Part shown: positions 1 through 10,501 of the stretch, piece by piece
Numbering within the stretch: the first letter of the stretch is position 1
How the letters are laid out: each line of letters opens with the position of its first letter
NCBI GenBank assembly: GCA_965247165.1
Contig: OZ252003.1
Coordinates: 466,195 to 530,194 of the forward strand
DNA length: 64,000 bases
Reading direction: 5' to 3'
Source: Flavisolibacter sp.
GTDB taxonomy: Bacteria > Bacteroidota > Bacteroidia > Chitinophagales > Chitinophagaceae
Notes under the pieces: model-generated
Seen by the model: the letters and a program-made list of their open reading frames with translations, nothing else
Databases searched by the model: none
Told to the model about the DNA's origin: nothing
Program-made: the position numbers and the translations under genes

Positions 1-95
1 GAGGCTTTTACCATTGCCTTTTCCAGCTTGTTCCGCATAATAGATAAACGCGTTTTATCTTCATCGGCCAGAACGCTTTATTTAATGGAACGCTT

Positions 96-1547
96 ATGAA
101 ATCAACCTTACCGCGTACAGTTTTTCGAAGTCATTTTCTTTACCTGTTGCCGGTGTTTTTTGTGCTTCATGGTTGCGCTGAAAACTTTCCGCTAATAAAA
201 CCCCTGGAAGCGATTGAATTAATTGGCTACTATCTTTTTATTACCGCCATTCTTTTCGCGTTGAGTTTTTTAGCCTTTCGTTCTGTGTACAAAGCCGCTT
301 TTTTTTCTTTTTTTCTTTTGAGCTTTCACCTCCTTTTTGGCGCGGTGCAGGATTTTTTAAAGGGTATCTCACCTGGCATTTTTCTGGCCAGGTATATCGT
401 TATTTTACCCGCAGCATTACTGGTTTTTGTTTGGGTGTTTATTTTTCTTAAACGTACGCAGCTTCCACTCCTTCGTGCTACCAAATATCTTAATACCGTT
501 ATTGCGGTGTTGATAGTAATTGATGGGGTTTTTTTGGGAATAAAGTTTTTGAAAGCAAAACCGGCAGATGGCTTTCAGAATCAAATTTCGTACGCGGGCC
601 CGAGGCCCAATATCTACCTCATTCTTTCCGATGAGTATGCAGGGCAGAAAGAATTGCATGATATTTTCAAGTTTGATAACTCCGCTTTTGAAGATTCGCT
701 TAGGGCTAAAGGTTTCCAGGTACTTCATCATACTACCAGCAATTATAATTACACCCCCTATTCCATGGCCTCGCTTTTTCAAATGGATTATATTCATGGG
801 ATCAGCAGCAACAGTTCGGACTTCAATAACCGGAAAATTGTTTTTCAAAAACTTAATTCAAACACGTTAGTAGAAGTTTTCAAACGATTGGGTTACCGGT
901 TTGTCAACCAGTCGCTATTTGATTTTGCAGGCCTTGCTCCCAACCGTAGTGCCACTGATTTTTACTTCACCGGCAAACGCATCATTACCTCGCAAACCCT
1001 TACCAGCAGGCTAAAGCGTGATTTATGGTACCATCTGATCATTGACCTTAACTGGACCTGGGCTAAAAACAATTATCTGAATACATTAAAAGAAGACATT
1101 GCTACCAGTTATGCTGAAACGGTAAAGCAAGCGGCATCAGGAGCGGCTCCGGTTTTTACCTATACGCATTTTATTATGCCGCACTATCCGTACCTGTACG
1201 ATGAAAATGGCAAAGAGAATTCGTTTGAAGAATCAGTGGAAAAAAGCACAGACCGCTACATAGGTTTTATGAAGTACGGCAGTAAGCTTTGCCTGCGCCT
1301 GATTGATGAAATTAAAAAAAGAGATACAACAAAACCCATCATCATTTTCATGAGTGACCATGGTTATACCAAATATGAAGCTCCTTATCCGCCGTTCTAT
1401 AATTTCACGAACATCGTTAACGTGTTCAACTCCGCACCCTTGCCGGATACGATGAGCAACGTAAATTTATTTCCCTTGCTACTGAACCGGAACTTTGGTA
1501 CGAATCTGCCCCTGTCGAAAGATTCTTCGATCTATCTGACGGAGTAA
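96..1547 (+). CDS. Membrane-anchored sulfatase-like (LtaS/EptA alkaline-phosphatase superfamily) phosphotransferase
   Basis: About 5 N-terminal TM segments, then NIYLILSDEY (metal Asp), NYNYTPYS (Thr nucleophile position, no CxPxR), HFIMPHYPY and FMSDHG motifs. Confidence 0.75.
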   Translation: MKSTLPRTVFRSHFLYLLPVFFVLHGCAENFPLIKPLEAIELIGYYLFITAILFALSFLAFRSVYKAAFFSFFLLSFHLLFGAVQDFLKGISPGIFLARYIVILPAALLVFVWVFIFLKRTQLPLLRATKYLNTVIAVLIVIDGVFLGIKFLKAKPADGFQNQISYAGPRPNIYLILSDEYAGQKELHDIFKFDNSAFEDSLRAKGFQVLHHTTSNYNYTPYSMASLFQMDYIHGISSNSSDFNNRKIVFQKLNSNTLVEVFKRLGYRFVNQSLFDFAGLAPNRSATDFYFTGKRIITSQTLTSRLKRDLWYHLIIDLNWTWAKNNYLNTLKEDIATSYAETVKQAASGAAPVFTYTHFIMPHYPYLYDENGKENSFEESVEKSTDRYIGFMKYGSKLCLRLIDEIKKRDTTKPIIIFMSDHGYTKYEAPYPPFYNFTNIVNVFNSAPLPDTMSNVNLFPLLLNRNFGTNLPLSKDSSIYLTE

Positions 1548-1590
1548 GACAATTAGTAACCACCAGCATCATAATAAAACCAACCGGCGT

Positions 1591-3246
1591 TTGAAAGAAA
1601 AAACAATCCTGCTTCCTAAGCTATCAGCCACTTTAAAACGATTATTATCCGATAATCGTTTTACGTATGTGATAGTGTTAGCAGCCATTGCCAGCCGGCT
1701 TATCCATCTCGTTTTCTTTTTTAATATACGCGTTGACATAGCGTACCAAACTATCGCTACCGACTGCTTTATTAATGGCCATGGCATATCGGCCACCCAA
1801 GTCAATCCGTTTAATCTTTCAGAAGTTATTTATACGCCGCTAACTAAGTGGCCTCCCGGATACAGCTTGCTTCTAAGCCCATTTTACTTATTATTCAATT
1901 CCAACTTTGTTGCAGCCGGGTTAACGGTTCAAGTAATCATGGCCTTGGTGCTGATTATTGTTTGCCGTAAGATACTCGGGCTATTAGCCATGCCGCTGCA
2001 TCTTATCAATCTTTGTACACTGGTGAACGGCTTCTTTATTTACCAGTTTTATTTAATTACTTCATCCGATGCGGTTACCGTCCCGTTTTTTTTAACAGCG
2101 GTTTACTATGCACTTAAATTACTTCGCCAGCCGCAGAAACAATATCAGTATGCGGTTATCATGTTGGCTTGCCTTATAGCCGTAGCCTTGCTTAAGTACT
2201 TGTATATGCCAGTGGTTTTTGTCATTCCGCTTTACTTAACCGCTACGGGTTTTATTAATAAGAACCAACCACTAAAACGAATTGGCATTGGCAGCTTTTT
2301 CTTTCTGCTTTTTATGATCGCCGGGTTTTTTCTTTATCAACTGCATAGTAGCGGCGCGGCAGGACACATCAGTTCATCGGGGCGGGGCTTTTTCCCGGAA
2401 CATTTATTGAACACTTATGCTTTTGCCAACGGCGCATTTTTAAAACCGGATACGATTGAAAGTCTTGCTGGAATTGTTCCCGGCTTAAATGGCCATTTGC
2501 AACCTATCTGGCAGATAATTAATTTGCTGCTCGTTATTTATTTGCTTTATTGTTTTATTCGTTTTATCGCCATAAGAGGCCTGCGCCAGCTTTCACTGAC
2601 GGATCATTTTTTTCACCTATCTGTTTTTCTTTCTTTGCTTGTTGTGTTTGTGTTGGCGTTGCTTTCCGTGCAGGTAACTAAAGAAGAAATGTTTCCCGGC
2701 GTGTTCTGGACGTATGTAGAAGAACCACGCTATTTTGGGTTGATCACTGTTTTATGCCAGCTCAATTTCTTTATTATCTATAAAAGTGCGGGGCTGAAAT
2801 TTTCCTCATTAGCTAAAACCGTTTTCATTTTTTTAGCTTTATGCCTGGCAGTAGATATTTCCCGGCAATTGATTTTTGATTTAAACAGGATTAGAAAACT
2901 AGGCCGTGAAGAATATAGCTGGCAACGTGAAAAACGGTTTCAGCAATCAGTTGACACGGTCATTCAAAATGTAAAGACAAAATATCCCGCAACGCCAATT
3001 ATTGTTGCCGGAACAAGCTACTACTACAACCATCGTATGAGCTTATACAGCCATGTGCCGATACTGTATGATTTCAATTTAATAAAAGATCATCCAATGC
3101 CGAAGTCCACAAATCCCGTAGTAGTGGTGTCGGTAGTTGAAAAAAAGCAATTGGCATTATGGCCATCAGGAGAAGATGGTTTGGGTAATCTGCAAGGCGA
3201 ATTTGACAACTTTTTTATCTTCTCAAGATATGTACCTGCCAATTGA
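1591..3246 (+). CDS. Polytopic membrane protein, probable GT-C fold glycosyltransferase
   Basis: More than 10 TM helices. The first loop has an acidic residue followed by KWPPGYSLLL, typical of ArnT/PMT-like GT-C proteins. Adjacent to a GT2 gene. TTG start. Confidence 0.6.
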   Translation: MKEKTILLPKLSATLKRLLSDNRFTYVIVLAAIASRLIHLVFFFNIRVDIAYQTIATDCFINGHGISATQVNPFNLSEVIYTPLTKWPPGYSLLLSPFYLLFNSNFVAAGLTVQVIMALVLIIVCRKILGLLAMPLHLINLCTLVNGFFIYQFYLITSSDAVTVPFFLTAVYYALKLLRQPQKQYQYAVIMLACLIAVALLKYLYMPVVFVIPLYLTATGFINKNQPLKRIGIGSFFFLLFMIAGFFLYQLHSSGAAGHISSSGRGFFPEHLLNTYAFANGAFLKPDTIESLAGIVPGLNGHLQPIWQIINLLLVIYLLYCFIRFIAIRGLRQLSLTDHFFHLSVFLSLLVVFVLALLSVQVTKEEMFPGVFWTYVEEPRYFGLITVLCQLNFFIIYKSAGLKFSSLAKTVFIFLALCLAVDISRQLIFDLNRIRKLGREEYSWQREKRFQQSVDTVIQNVKTKYPATPIIVAGTSYYYNHRMSLYSHVPILYDFNLIKDHPMPKSTNPVVVVSVVEKKQLALWPSGEDGLGNLQGEFDNFFIFSRYVPAN

Positions 3247-3919
3247 GCCATCGCTTATTTATGTAGTGGTACCGGTATATAACGAAGGGCCGATGCTACA
3301 GCGGGTGATGCAGGAATTACTTCGAAAAAATTACCGCCTTGTTATTGTTGATGATGGGTCTTATTTACCGGTTGCCGACCTCTTAAATGCGCTACCAGCC
3401 TACGTTCTACGCCATAAAGTAAACTTAGGCCAAGGGGCTGCGCTGCAAACGGGGTTAGAGTTCGCTGTCAGCAAAAGCGCAAAGGTTATCGTTACTTTCG
3501 ATGGCGATGGGCAACACAAAACAGATGATATTGATTCGTTGGTGACTATCCTTTTAACGCAGCAATTGGATGTAGTGATGGGCTCTCGTTTTATGGGCGG
3601 CAGTGATGTTCCGGTGAAGAGACGTTTACTACTTCAGATAGCCCGTTATATTAATTATCTCTTCACCGGATTATTACTGACCGATGCGCATAATGGCATC
3701 AGGGCTTTTACCGCCGAAGCTGCCAAAAAAATAACCATTACGGAAAACCGGATGGCCCATGCCACTGAATTATTATGGCTGATTAAAAAGCGAAAGCTTC
3801 GCTATAAAGAGGCGCCGGTAACAATTATTTATACACCCTACGCTATTCAAAAAGGTCAAAAGCTTCGCGATGCGTTTCGCATATTTTTAGACCTATTTTT
3901 AAACAAACTTTTCAAATGA
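3230..3919 (+). CDS. GT2 polyprenyl-phosphate glycosyltransferase (DPM1/PpgS-like)
   Basis: VVVPVYNE, IVDDGS, NLGQGAALQTG, TFDGDGQH, GSRF and DAHNGIRA motifs. Start moved to ATG 3230, which overlaps the upstream stop. Confidence 0.9.
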   Translation: MYLPIEPSLIYVVVPVYNEGPMLQRVMQELLRKNYRLVIVDDGSYLPVADLLNALPAYVLRHKVNLGQGAALQTGLEFAVSKSAKVIVTFDGDGQHKTDDIDSLVTILLTQQLDVVMGSRFMGGSDVPVKRRLLLQIARYINYLFTGLLLTDAHNGIRAFTAEAAKKITITENRMAHATELLWLIKKRKLRYKEAPVTIIYTPYAIQKGQKLRDAFRIFLDLFLNKLFK

Positions 3920-4263
3920 CGGGCATTCAACTGTTGTTATCGGGCGGCGCACTGGGGTTATTCGTGTATTATATTTTGCGTATCAGAAACGCATTAATAG
4001 ACCTGGTAGTGCTAACGGTATTTATGGGCTTGTCTGTATTTTTTATTTTATCACCTGAAAAAACCAATACCATTGCTCATAAATTAGGGGTTGGCCGTGG
4101 GGCCGACCTACTTTTTTATTGCTGTATTTTATTCTTCGCCTTTATGATGATGAAGCTTTTTGGGCGTATCAGGCGAATGGAAAAGAAATTGACCGAGTTG
4201 GTGAGAGACAATGCAAAAAACAACGCAGTTGATTTATCTGAAAGTAAGAAGTTGACAGACTAA
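3916..4263 (+). CDS. DUF2304 family small membrane protein
   Basis: Three TM segments, LGVGRGADLLFY signature and C-terminal coiled coil (IRRMEKKLTELVR). ATGA overlap with GT2. Confidence 0.8.
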   Translation: MTGIQLLLSGGALGLFVYYILRIRNALIDLVVLTVFMGLSVFFILSPEKTNTIAHKLGVGRGADLLFYCCILFFAFMMMKLFGRIRRMEKKLTELVRDNAKNNAVDLSESKKLTD

Positions 4264-4281
4264 CGTCGCCCAAATTTTTAC

Positions 4282-5301
4282 TTAAAATGAGAGCAGCTTG
4301 TTAAGTTGTGCCGATACACCAATCTGGTTATAATTAACTCCTTTTTGATAAGACGAACGGGCATATAAAATTTGTAGCTGGCTGAACCTGATACGTAAGC
4401 CGGCGGAAAATCCAGCCAGGCCATTGCCACCATTGAATGATGATAACTCCTGTCGCCGCAGTTGATTATAACCAATCATCGCTTCTAAATTTTGACCGAT
4501 ATAAATGTGGGTTGCCAATACAAAATGGTTGAATAATTTACTGACAGGTGAAGGAGCTGAAGCGCCGTTATCATTGTTAAAAACGGTATCGTTATAGTTG
4601 GTATTGAAGTATTGAAGGTGTTGCGCCGTTAACGAAAATCCAAACGGAGCCTTTGCTAAACGCTTGGTTATTCCTACTTGTAAATCAAATGGCAGCTCTT
4701 CTTTTTCTCCCGCATAGGTCTTTAATTGGACACCCATATTTTTTGCTAAAAAAGATAGGGACAGTTGTCGCGATGAATCGAAATAATTGACGCCAACATC
4801 AACCGCTAAAGCGTTAGAGGTATATTGTTGGTACGACGAATTAATAAATTTCATCGTAAGGCCGTACGCCCATTTATCCAGGTATTTTCTTGCGCCGGAA
4901 AACTGCACCACGTAATCAACCGGACGAAAGCTTCCGCTTTGATTTCCGGCTGCATCGGTGGCCGGGATAACGCCATAATCTACAAAATAAATATGACCGC
5001 CAAAGTTGGTTTCAAGCTTCTCCGAATGGTAGGCGCCGGTTAAGCTATAGGTTTTTACTCCCGCTAAAAAAGAGGTAAACGAAGCACTAATTTGTGTACT
5101 CATGTTATTGTTTAGCAACGACGGATTATTAGCGCTGATGCTTGCTTCATTTGTTTTGTAAGAAATGTTTTCTCCACCCATGGCTGTAATCAAAGCAGAA
5201 GACGGCAGCCGCAAAAAGTTGTAAGCGGCGCTTCCGCCAAGGGTTTGCGACAAACCAATGGCGGAGATAAAAAAACATAAAAAGAAAATAAGTAAACGCA
5301 A
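4282..5301 (-). CDS. porQ: Type IX secretion system protein PorQ (PorV/PorQ beta-barrel family)
   Basis: Signal peptide followed by QTLGGSAAYNFLRLPSSALITAMGGENIS, then alternating beta strands. Probable TTG start at 5301. Confidence 0.75.
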   Translation of the reverse strand: MRLLIFFLCFFISAIGLSQTLGGSAAYNFLRLPSSALITAMGGENISYKTNEASISANNPSLLNNNMSTQISASFTSFLAGVKTYSLTGAYHSEKLETNFGGHIYFVDYGVIPATDAAGNQSGSFRPVDYVVQFSGARKYLDKWAYGLTMKFINSSYQQYTSNALAVDVGVNYFDSSRQLSLSFLAKNMGVQLKTYAGEKEELPFDLQVGITKRLAKAPFGFSLTAQHLQYFNTNYNDTVFNNDNGASAPSPVSKLFNHFVLATHIYIGQNLEAMIGYNQLRRQELSSFNGGNGLAGFSAGLRIRFSQLQILYARSSYQKGVNYNQIGVSAQLNKLLSF

Positions 5302-5332
5302 ACCTGATTCGTTATAATCCAAAGTACGTAGA

Positions 5333-7729
5333 TTATCCCTCCTGAAGCGCAATATCAATTACCTCTTTCATCATTTTTACATAATGAAAACGAACGCCTT
5401 TGATATAGTCGGGATTGATCTCCTGTACGTCTCTTTCATTTTGCCAGCAGAGGATCAGGTCTTTTAGCCCGGCCCGTTTAGCGGCCAATACTTTTTCTTT
5501 GATGCCACCAACCGGTAGCACTTGTCCGCGTAAGGTAATTTCTCCGGTCATGCCCAAATAAGGCTTTATTTTTTTACCCGTGAAGGCTGAGGCCAATGCC
5601 GTTAACATGGTTACACCGGCGCTGGGACCATCTTTTGGAACGGCGCCTTCGGGCACATGAATATGCACGGTTTTCTTTTCTAAAATTGTAGGGTCAATCC
5701 CTAATTTTTTGGCGTTGGTGCTGATGTACGATAAAGCCGTAACTGCACTTTCCTTCATTACTTCACCCAAATTACCTGTGAGGCGCAACTCCGGTTTGCC
5801 ATCGCTCAGTGCCGCCTCTATAAATAAAATATCGCCACCAACATACGTATAAGCTAAGCCTATGGCTACTCCCGGAATGGCTGCCTGTTTATATAGTTCG
5901 TTGCTAAACCGCGGCTTGCCTAATATCTTTTCAATATCCTCAAACGTTATACTGGATTTAATGGAACCGTTCATGGCCAATTCTTTTGCCTGAAAACGCA
6001 TAATGGCAGCAAGGTGACGGTCCAACTCCCGAACGCCGCTTTCTCTGGTATAGTCCTGAATGATCTTTTCTAAAAGCTTGTCACTGAGTTTAAATTTAGA
6101 AGACTTCAACCCATGCGCTTCTATTTGTTTTGGGAAGAGATGCCGCTTTGCAATCTCAATTTTTTCTTCCACGGCATAACCACTCAGATCAATGATCTCT
6201 AAACGGTCGCGAAGGGCCGGCTGAATGGTTTGCAAATTATTAGCCGTAGCAATAAACAACACTTTGCTTAAATCATATTCGAGTTCGAGATAGTTATCAT
6301 AAAAAGAATGATTTTGTTCCGGGTCCAATACCTCCAACAAAGCGCTGCTTGGGTCGCCGCGAAAGTCGGCCCCTACTTTGTCTATCTCATCTAAGATCAT
6401 GACCGGGTTAGATGATTTTATCTTCCGTATGTTTTGAACAATCCGCCCGGGCATAGCCCCGATATAGGTTTTACGGTGGCCACGGATTTCGCTCTCATCA
6501 TGTATGCCGCCTAAACTTAAGCGAACATACTTTCGGCCGATGGCATTGGCAATGCTTCTGCCCAACGATGTTTTACCTATACCTGGCGGTCCGTAAAAAC
6601 AAAGGATAGGGCTTTTCATATCTCCTTTCAATTTCAATACAGCGAGGTACTCAAGAATACGTTCCTTTATTTTATCCATCCCGTAATGGTCGGCGTCTAA
6701 AATTTCTTTGGCTTTTTTAAGATCATAAACATCTTCTGTATAATCGTCCCACGGAAGGTCCAGCATCAGGTCGAGATGATTGTACACTACCGAATAATCC
6801 GGCGTGCTGGGATGCATACGCTCCAGTTTTTCAATCCCCTTTTTGAACGCTTCCCTTGTCGCTTCGGGCCATTTTTTTGCTTCTGCTTTTTTTTGTAATT
6901 CTTTTACCTCCCGCTCATTCGGATCGCCGCCTAACTCTTCTTTAATACTTTTTAATTGCTGTTGTAAGAAGTATTCACGTTGCTGCTTGTCAATCTCCGT
7001 GCGGGTTTTATTGGTTACTTTATTTTTAAGTTCGGCAAACTGCAATTCTTTTTGAAGAAGCTGCATGAGCAATTCGCCACGTTCGCGAAGGTTGTCAATC
7101 TGCAATAGCTGTTGCTTTTCACGAATATCAATCGTTAGGTTGCTGGAAACAAAATGAATAAGAAAAGAAGGGTTTTCAATGTTGCGTAAAATCACCGACG
7201 CCTCGCTGGGGATGTTGGGTGATAACTGTATAATTTCTGTAGCCACATCTTTTATGTTAGCTACATAGGCATCAAAGTCAGGGTCTTTGGGGGCTTCATC
7301 TTCTATGAGGCCGGTGATGGCCGCTTTAAAATAGGGTTCCTCAGAAACAACTTTATCAATCCTGAACCGGCTCTTTCCCTGAATGATAATGGTAGTGCCG
7401 CCATCGGGCATTTTTATCTGCTTGATAATTTTTGCGATAGTGCCAATTGCCTCCAGGTCGGTGGCCTGCGGGTCCTCAACATTGGTATCTTTTTGCGCTA
7501 CCACGCCAATCAATCTTGCGCCTTTGTACGCATCGTTTACGGCTTTGATACTTTTATCGCGGCCAACGGTAATCGGCAAAACAACACCGGGAAACAAAAC
7601 CGTATTTCGTAGCGGCAGCAAAGAAATTTCCGTAGGTACTTCAATCTTTTCATTCGGGTCCTCGTTCTCATTCATAGGCATGATGGGCAAAAAATCCATG
7701 TCTTCTTCCGGCTTAAACAATCTATTCAC
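5333..7729 (-). CDS. lon: ATP-dependent Lon protease
   Basis: [12 protein letters not shown]-domain, Walker [17 protein letters not shown] and catalytic PKDGPSAG. Probable GTG start at 7729. Confidence 0.97.
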   Translation of the reverse strand: MNRLFKPEEDMDFLPIMPMNENEDPNEKIEVPTEISLLPLRNTVLFPGVVLPITVGRDKSIKAVNDAYKGARLIGVVAQKDTNVEDPQATDLEAIGTIAKIIKQIKMPDGGTTIIIQGKSRFRIDKVVSEEPYFKAAITGLIEDEAPKDPDFDAYVANIKDVATEIIQLSPNIPSEASVILRNIENPSFLIHFVSSNLTIDIREKQQLLQIDNLRERGELLMQLLQKELQFAELKNKVTNKTRTEIDKQQREYFLQQQLKSIKEELGGDPNEREVKELQKKAEAKKWPEATREAFKKGIEKLERMHPSTPDYSVVYNHLDLMLDLPWDDYTEDVYDLKKAKEILDADHYGMDKIKERILEYLAVLKLKGDMKSPILCFYGPPGIGKTSLGRSIANAIGRKYVRLSLGGIHDESEIRGHRKTYIGAMPGRIVQNIRKIKSSNPVMILDEIDKVGADFRGDPSSALLEVLDPEQNHSFYDNYLELEYDLSKVLFIATANNLQTIQPALRDRLEIIDLSGYAVEEKIEIAKRHLFPKQIEAHGLKSSKFKLSDKLLEKIIQDYTRESGVRELDRHLAAIMRFQAKELAMNGSIKSSITFEDIEKILGKPRFSNELYKQAAIPGVAIGLAYTYVGGDILFIEAALSDGKPELRLTGNLGEVMKESAVTALSYISTNAKKLGIDPTILEKKTVHIHVPEGAVPKDGPSAGVTMLTALASAFTGKKIKPYLGMTGEITLRGQVLPVGGIKEKVLAAKRAGLKDLILCWQNERDVQEINPDYIKGVRFHYVKMMKEVIDIALQEG

Positions 7730-7790
7730 GCAAAAACTTTTAAGGTTTATAATCAGGGCAGCGAAAGTACAAAATAGGATTTTCTCCTTC

Positions 7791-7830
7791 CCAACATTAA
7801 TGCCGCAACGGCTCTCATGTCTCATTGGCA
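7791..7830 (-). promoter_or_regulatory. sigma54-like -24/-12 element plus upstream box in front of lon
   Basis: Minus strand reads TGCCAATGAGACA-N11-GCGGCATTAATGTTGG (GG-N8-TTG). Same spacing as the dnaK upstream region. Confidence 0.5.
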
Positions 7831-8218
7831 GAAGGGAACAATGAACTTCTGTACGACGCTAATTTGGTTTTTAAGTGTCTCAGGTTTTTTGCAGCTAATC
7901 GGCGACCGGGCAATAATTCCTGTTGAAAAAAAAGGCCGCTGTAATTTTTTATACGGCCCTGGTCGGCCGGAAACATAGTACCGGCGTGCATTTGATAAAT
8001 GCTGGCTAAGACAGATTGATTCCGTGATTTTTAAAAGTTTGTCTCACCCTCTTGCATTATTAAGGAGAAACACTCATTTTTACACGGTAATTATTGATCC
8101 AAGTACTAAGTGAAGACCTATAAATTGTACATTTATTCCATTTGTTTGTCTTCATTTCCCTGCTTTCTTTAATAATCAACTTTAGCTGTATCCAAATCCT
8201 ATTAAAACGTGTCCACCT

Positions 8219-10459
8219 ATGAAATGTGTATTTACTTTGTGCCTGTTCCTGTGTCTCGTTTCTGTCCGCAGCTTTTCTAATCCTTTTGTAGCTAACAGTT
8301 CTAACTACGATGTAGTGTATCATCGCATCAGCATCTCCGTTGACCCTACCGGCGGCTCCCGCGCCATCACCAATGGCAGTGTTACTACTTATTTCAAAAC
8401 AACTACTGCTAATGTCAACAGCCTTCAATTTGACCTTGATGGTAATATGACGGTATCATCTGCTACCTACCATGGTAGCGGTATAACAAAAAGCCATAAC
8501 ACATCTACCGATGTATTAACGCTTACTATTCCAAACATTGCAGTAGCCGGAACTCTGGATTCTGTAACCGTTTTTTATAGCGGTTCGCCGGCCACCCCTA
8601 CTACCAGCATACCAAGCGGTTACAATGTAAAGTCGCATAATGGAGGTACACAGTGGGAAATTTATACGTTAGATGAAGCTTACACGGCGCACTATTGGTG
8701 GCCTTGTAAAGAAACCTTGTATGATAAAATTGATTCTGTTGACTTGATTGTAACAACACCAAGCGGCTACAAAGTTGCCGGCAACGGCGTGGTTACTGAA
8801 AACGTTGTCGGCCCAAACCGGATTACTACCTGGTCAACAGGGTATTCGATAGCCACTTATGGCATCAACTTCGCGGTAGCTAACTTTCAAAACTACCAGT
8901 TCAATCTTACTACGGGTGGAAAGACTTATCCGGTAATGAACTATTTTTTTCCTGAAGACAACACCACTGCTTATCATGGTTACGCCGACCAACTGAAAAA
9001 TATCATACCGGCATTTGTGAATGTATTAAATGTGAATTATCCCTTTGCGGATGAAAAGTATGGGTTGGCAGAATGTACCGGAAACTGGGGCGCATTAGAA
9101 GTACAGTCTATGACCTTTATGGCCCAAAGTAGTTATAACGACAATGGATATACAATTGCCCACGAGGCGGCCCACCAGTGGTTTGGCGATATGGTGACAA
9201 CTAACAGTTGGCAGCAGGTATGGCTTAACGAAGGCTTTGCCACCTATTTTGAAAAATACGTTTACCCTGAACTACTTCGCCCTGCTGATTTACAAGGTAA
9301 ACGTGATGGCAATAAAGCGGCTATTACTACCACCAGCCGTGTTTTTGTTACAGATACTTCTAGTGCTGACCGGATATTTTTTGGTAACGGAACACCGGCG
9401 GCTCAGCCTTATGAGAAAGGCGGTATGTTGCTGTCTATGCTGCGCACCTGGGTAGGCGACGCCGGTTTTTTTAATGGACTGCATGATTACTTAACCGCAC
9501 CGAAGATTCAATATGGCTTTGGCGCTGTTGATTCGCTACAAAAGTATATGCAAACCTATACGCCCTTTAATCTGACGAACTTTTTTGCCGACTGGGTGAA
9601 TAAGCCAGGGTACGCCAAGTATGATGTTAGCTGGTCGAATGTAAACAAGCGGATTTATATCAGGTTACAACAAACGCCTACGTCGGCCGGCGCCGGTTAT
9701 TTTGATATGCCTGTTCCAATTCGCATTACAGGCAGCGGATTGGATACTACGGTTATCATCATTGACAGGCGAGGTGTGTTATATAATTCAGCTACCGGAA
9801 GTACCACAGGCTTAAATACAATAGGATTTAATCTTTCTGCCGTACCAACCGCAATTAGCTTCGATCCTAAAAATTTAGTGATGGCCACGGCATCGTCCGT
9901 TACAGTAAACACAGCGCTGCCACTTTATGATGTCTCATTACAGGCTATCAAGGCAAATTCAAAAGTGAATATTGACTGGAAGATAAAGACAGAGGAAAAT
10001 GTAAAAATGGTGACGGTAGAAAAAAGTTATGATGGCATCCATTTTACCACTTATAAAACATTTGCATCTCCAGTAAGCAGTAATAATCAAATCACCGGCA
10101 GTTGCACCGACGAAGTGCCACGCGGCTTTTTAGGCTACCGTTTAAAAATAGGTAAGCCCGATGGAAGTTATTTTTATTCCATCATTCAAACAATCAGTGG
10201 TAATGCAACGGCTAAAACTGAAGTGGTTCCAAACCCCGTATATAACGACTTTACCATTAGCCTTCCGGATGTCCTGGTTGATGAAAATGTTCAGGTGCTG
10301 ATACAAAATGCCAATGGGCAGGTGATAAAACAAATTGAAGCAAAGGGCAATGGAAGTGTGATAAGACTGCAATCGGAAGGTCTGGCTTCTGGGACTTATT
10401 GGGCCACCATTATTACAAAGAATAAAGAGTATGGACGAGTGAGTTTCATCAAGCAGTAA
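8219..10459 (+). CDS. M1 family aminopeptidase with T9SS type A C-terminal sorting domain
   Basis: Signal peptide, WWPC, GALE, HEAAHQWFG...WLNEGFATY zinc motif, YEKG, and C-terminal VVPNPV...LASGTYWATI...FIKQ. Confidence 0.92.
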   Translation: MKCVFTLCLFLCLVSVRSFSNPFVANSSNYDVVYHRISISVDPTGGSRAITNGSVTTYFKTTTANVNSLQFDLDGNMTVSSATYHGSGITKSHNTSTDVLTLTIPNIAVAGTLDSVTVFYSGSPATPTTSIPSGYNVKSHNGGTQWEIYTLDEAYTAHYWWPCKETLYDKIDSVDLIVTTPSGYKVAGNGVVTENVVGPNRITTWSTGYSIATYGINFAVANFQNYQFNLTTGGKTYPVMNYFFPEDNTTAYHGYADQLKNIIPAFVNVLNVNYPFADEKYGLAECTGNWGALEVQSMTFMAQSSYNDNGYTIAHEAAHQWFGDMVTTNSWQQVWLNEGFATYFEKYVYPELLRPADLQGKRDGNKAAITTTSRVFVTDTSSADRIFFGNGTPAAQPYEKGGMLLSMLRTWVGDAGFFNGLHDYLTAPKIQYGFGAVDSLQKYMQTYTPFNLTNFFADWVNKPGYAKYDVSWSNVNKRIYIRLQQTPTSAGAGYFDMPVPIRITGSGLDTTVIIIDRRGVLYNSATGSTTGLNTIGFNLSAVPTAISFDPKNLVMATASSVTVNTALPLYDVSLQAIKANSKVNIDWKIKTEENVKMVTVEKSYDGIHFTTYKTFASPVSSNNQITGSCTDEVPRGFLGYRLKIGKPDGSYFYSIIQTISGNATAKTEVVPNPVYNDFTISLPDVLVDENVQVLIQNANGQVIKQIEAKGNGSVIRLQSEGLASGTYWATIITKNKEYGRVSFIKQ

Positions 10460-10501
10460 AGACATCGTTTATTTTAGTTCGTTATACCCAACTCCGTATT
10501 T

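Noticed and set aside
7730-7825. Long N-terminal extensions in the ORF track (lon; also porQ, tex, lolA, lysE, ATP-grasp, 22349-25372)
   Set aside because: The extensions run through promoter elements and precede the recognisable N-terminus or signal peptide, so starts were moved
7841-7978. 45-codon ORF in the lon-aminopeptidase spacer
   Set aside because: No motif, promoter or terminator support
8060-8428. Short antisense or alternate-frame ORFs (this one and most 60-150 aa track entries)
   Set aside because: They overlap well-supported genes and show no recognisable motifs
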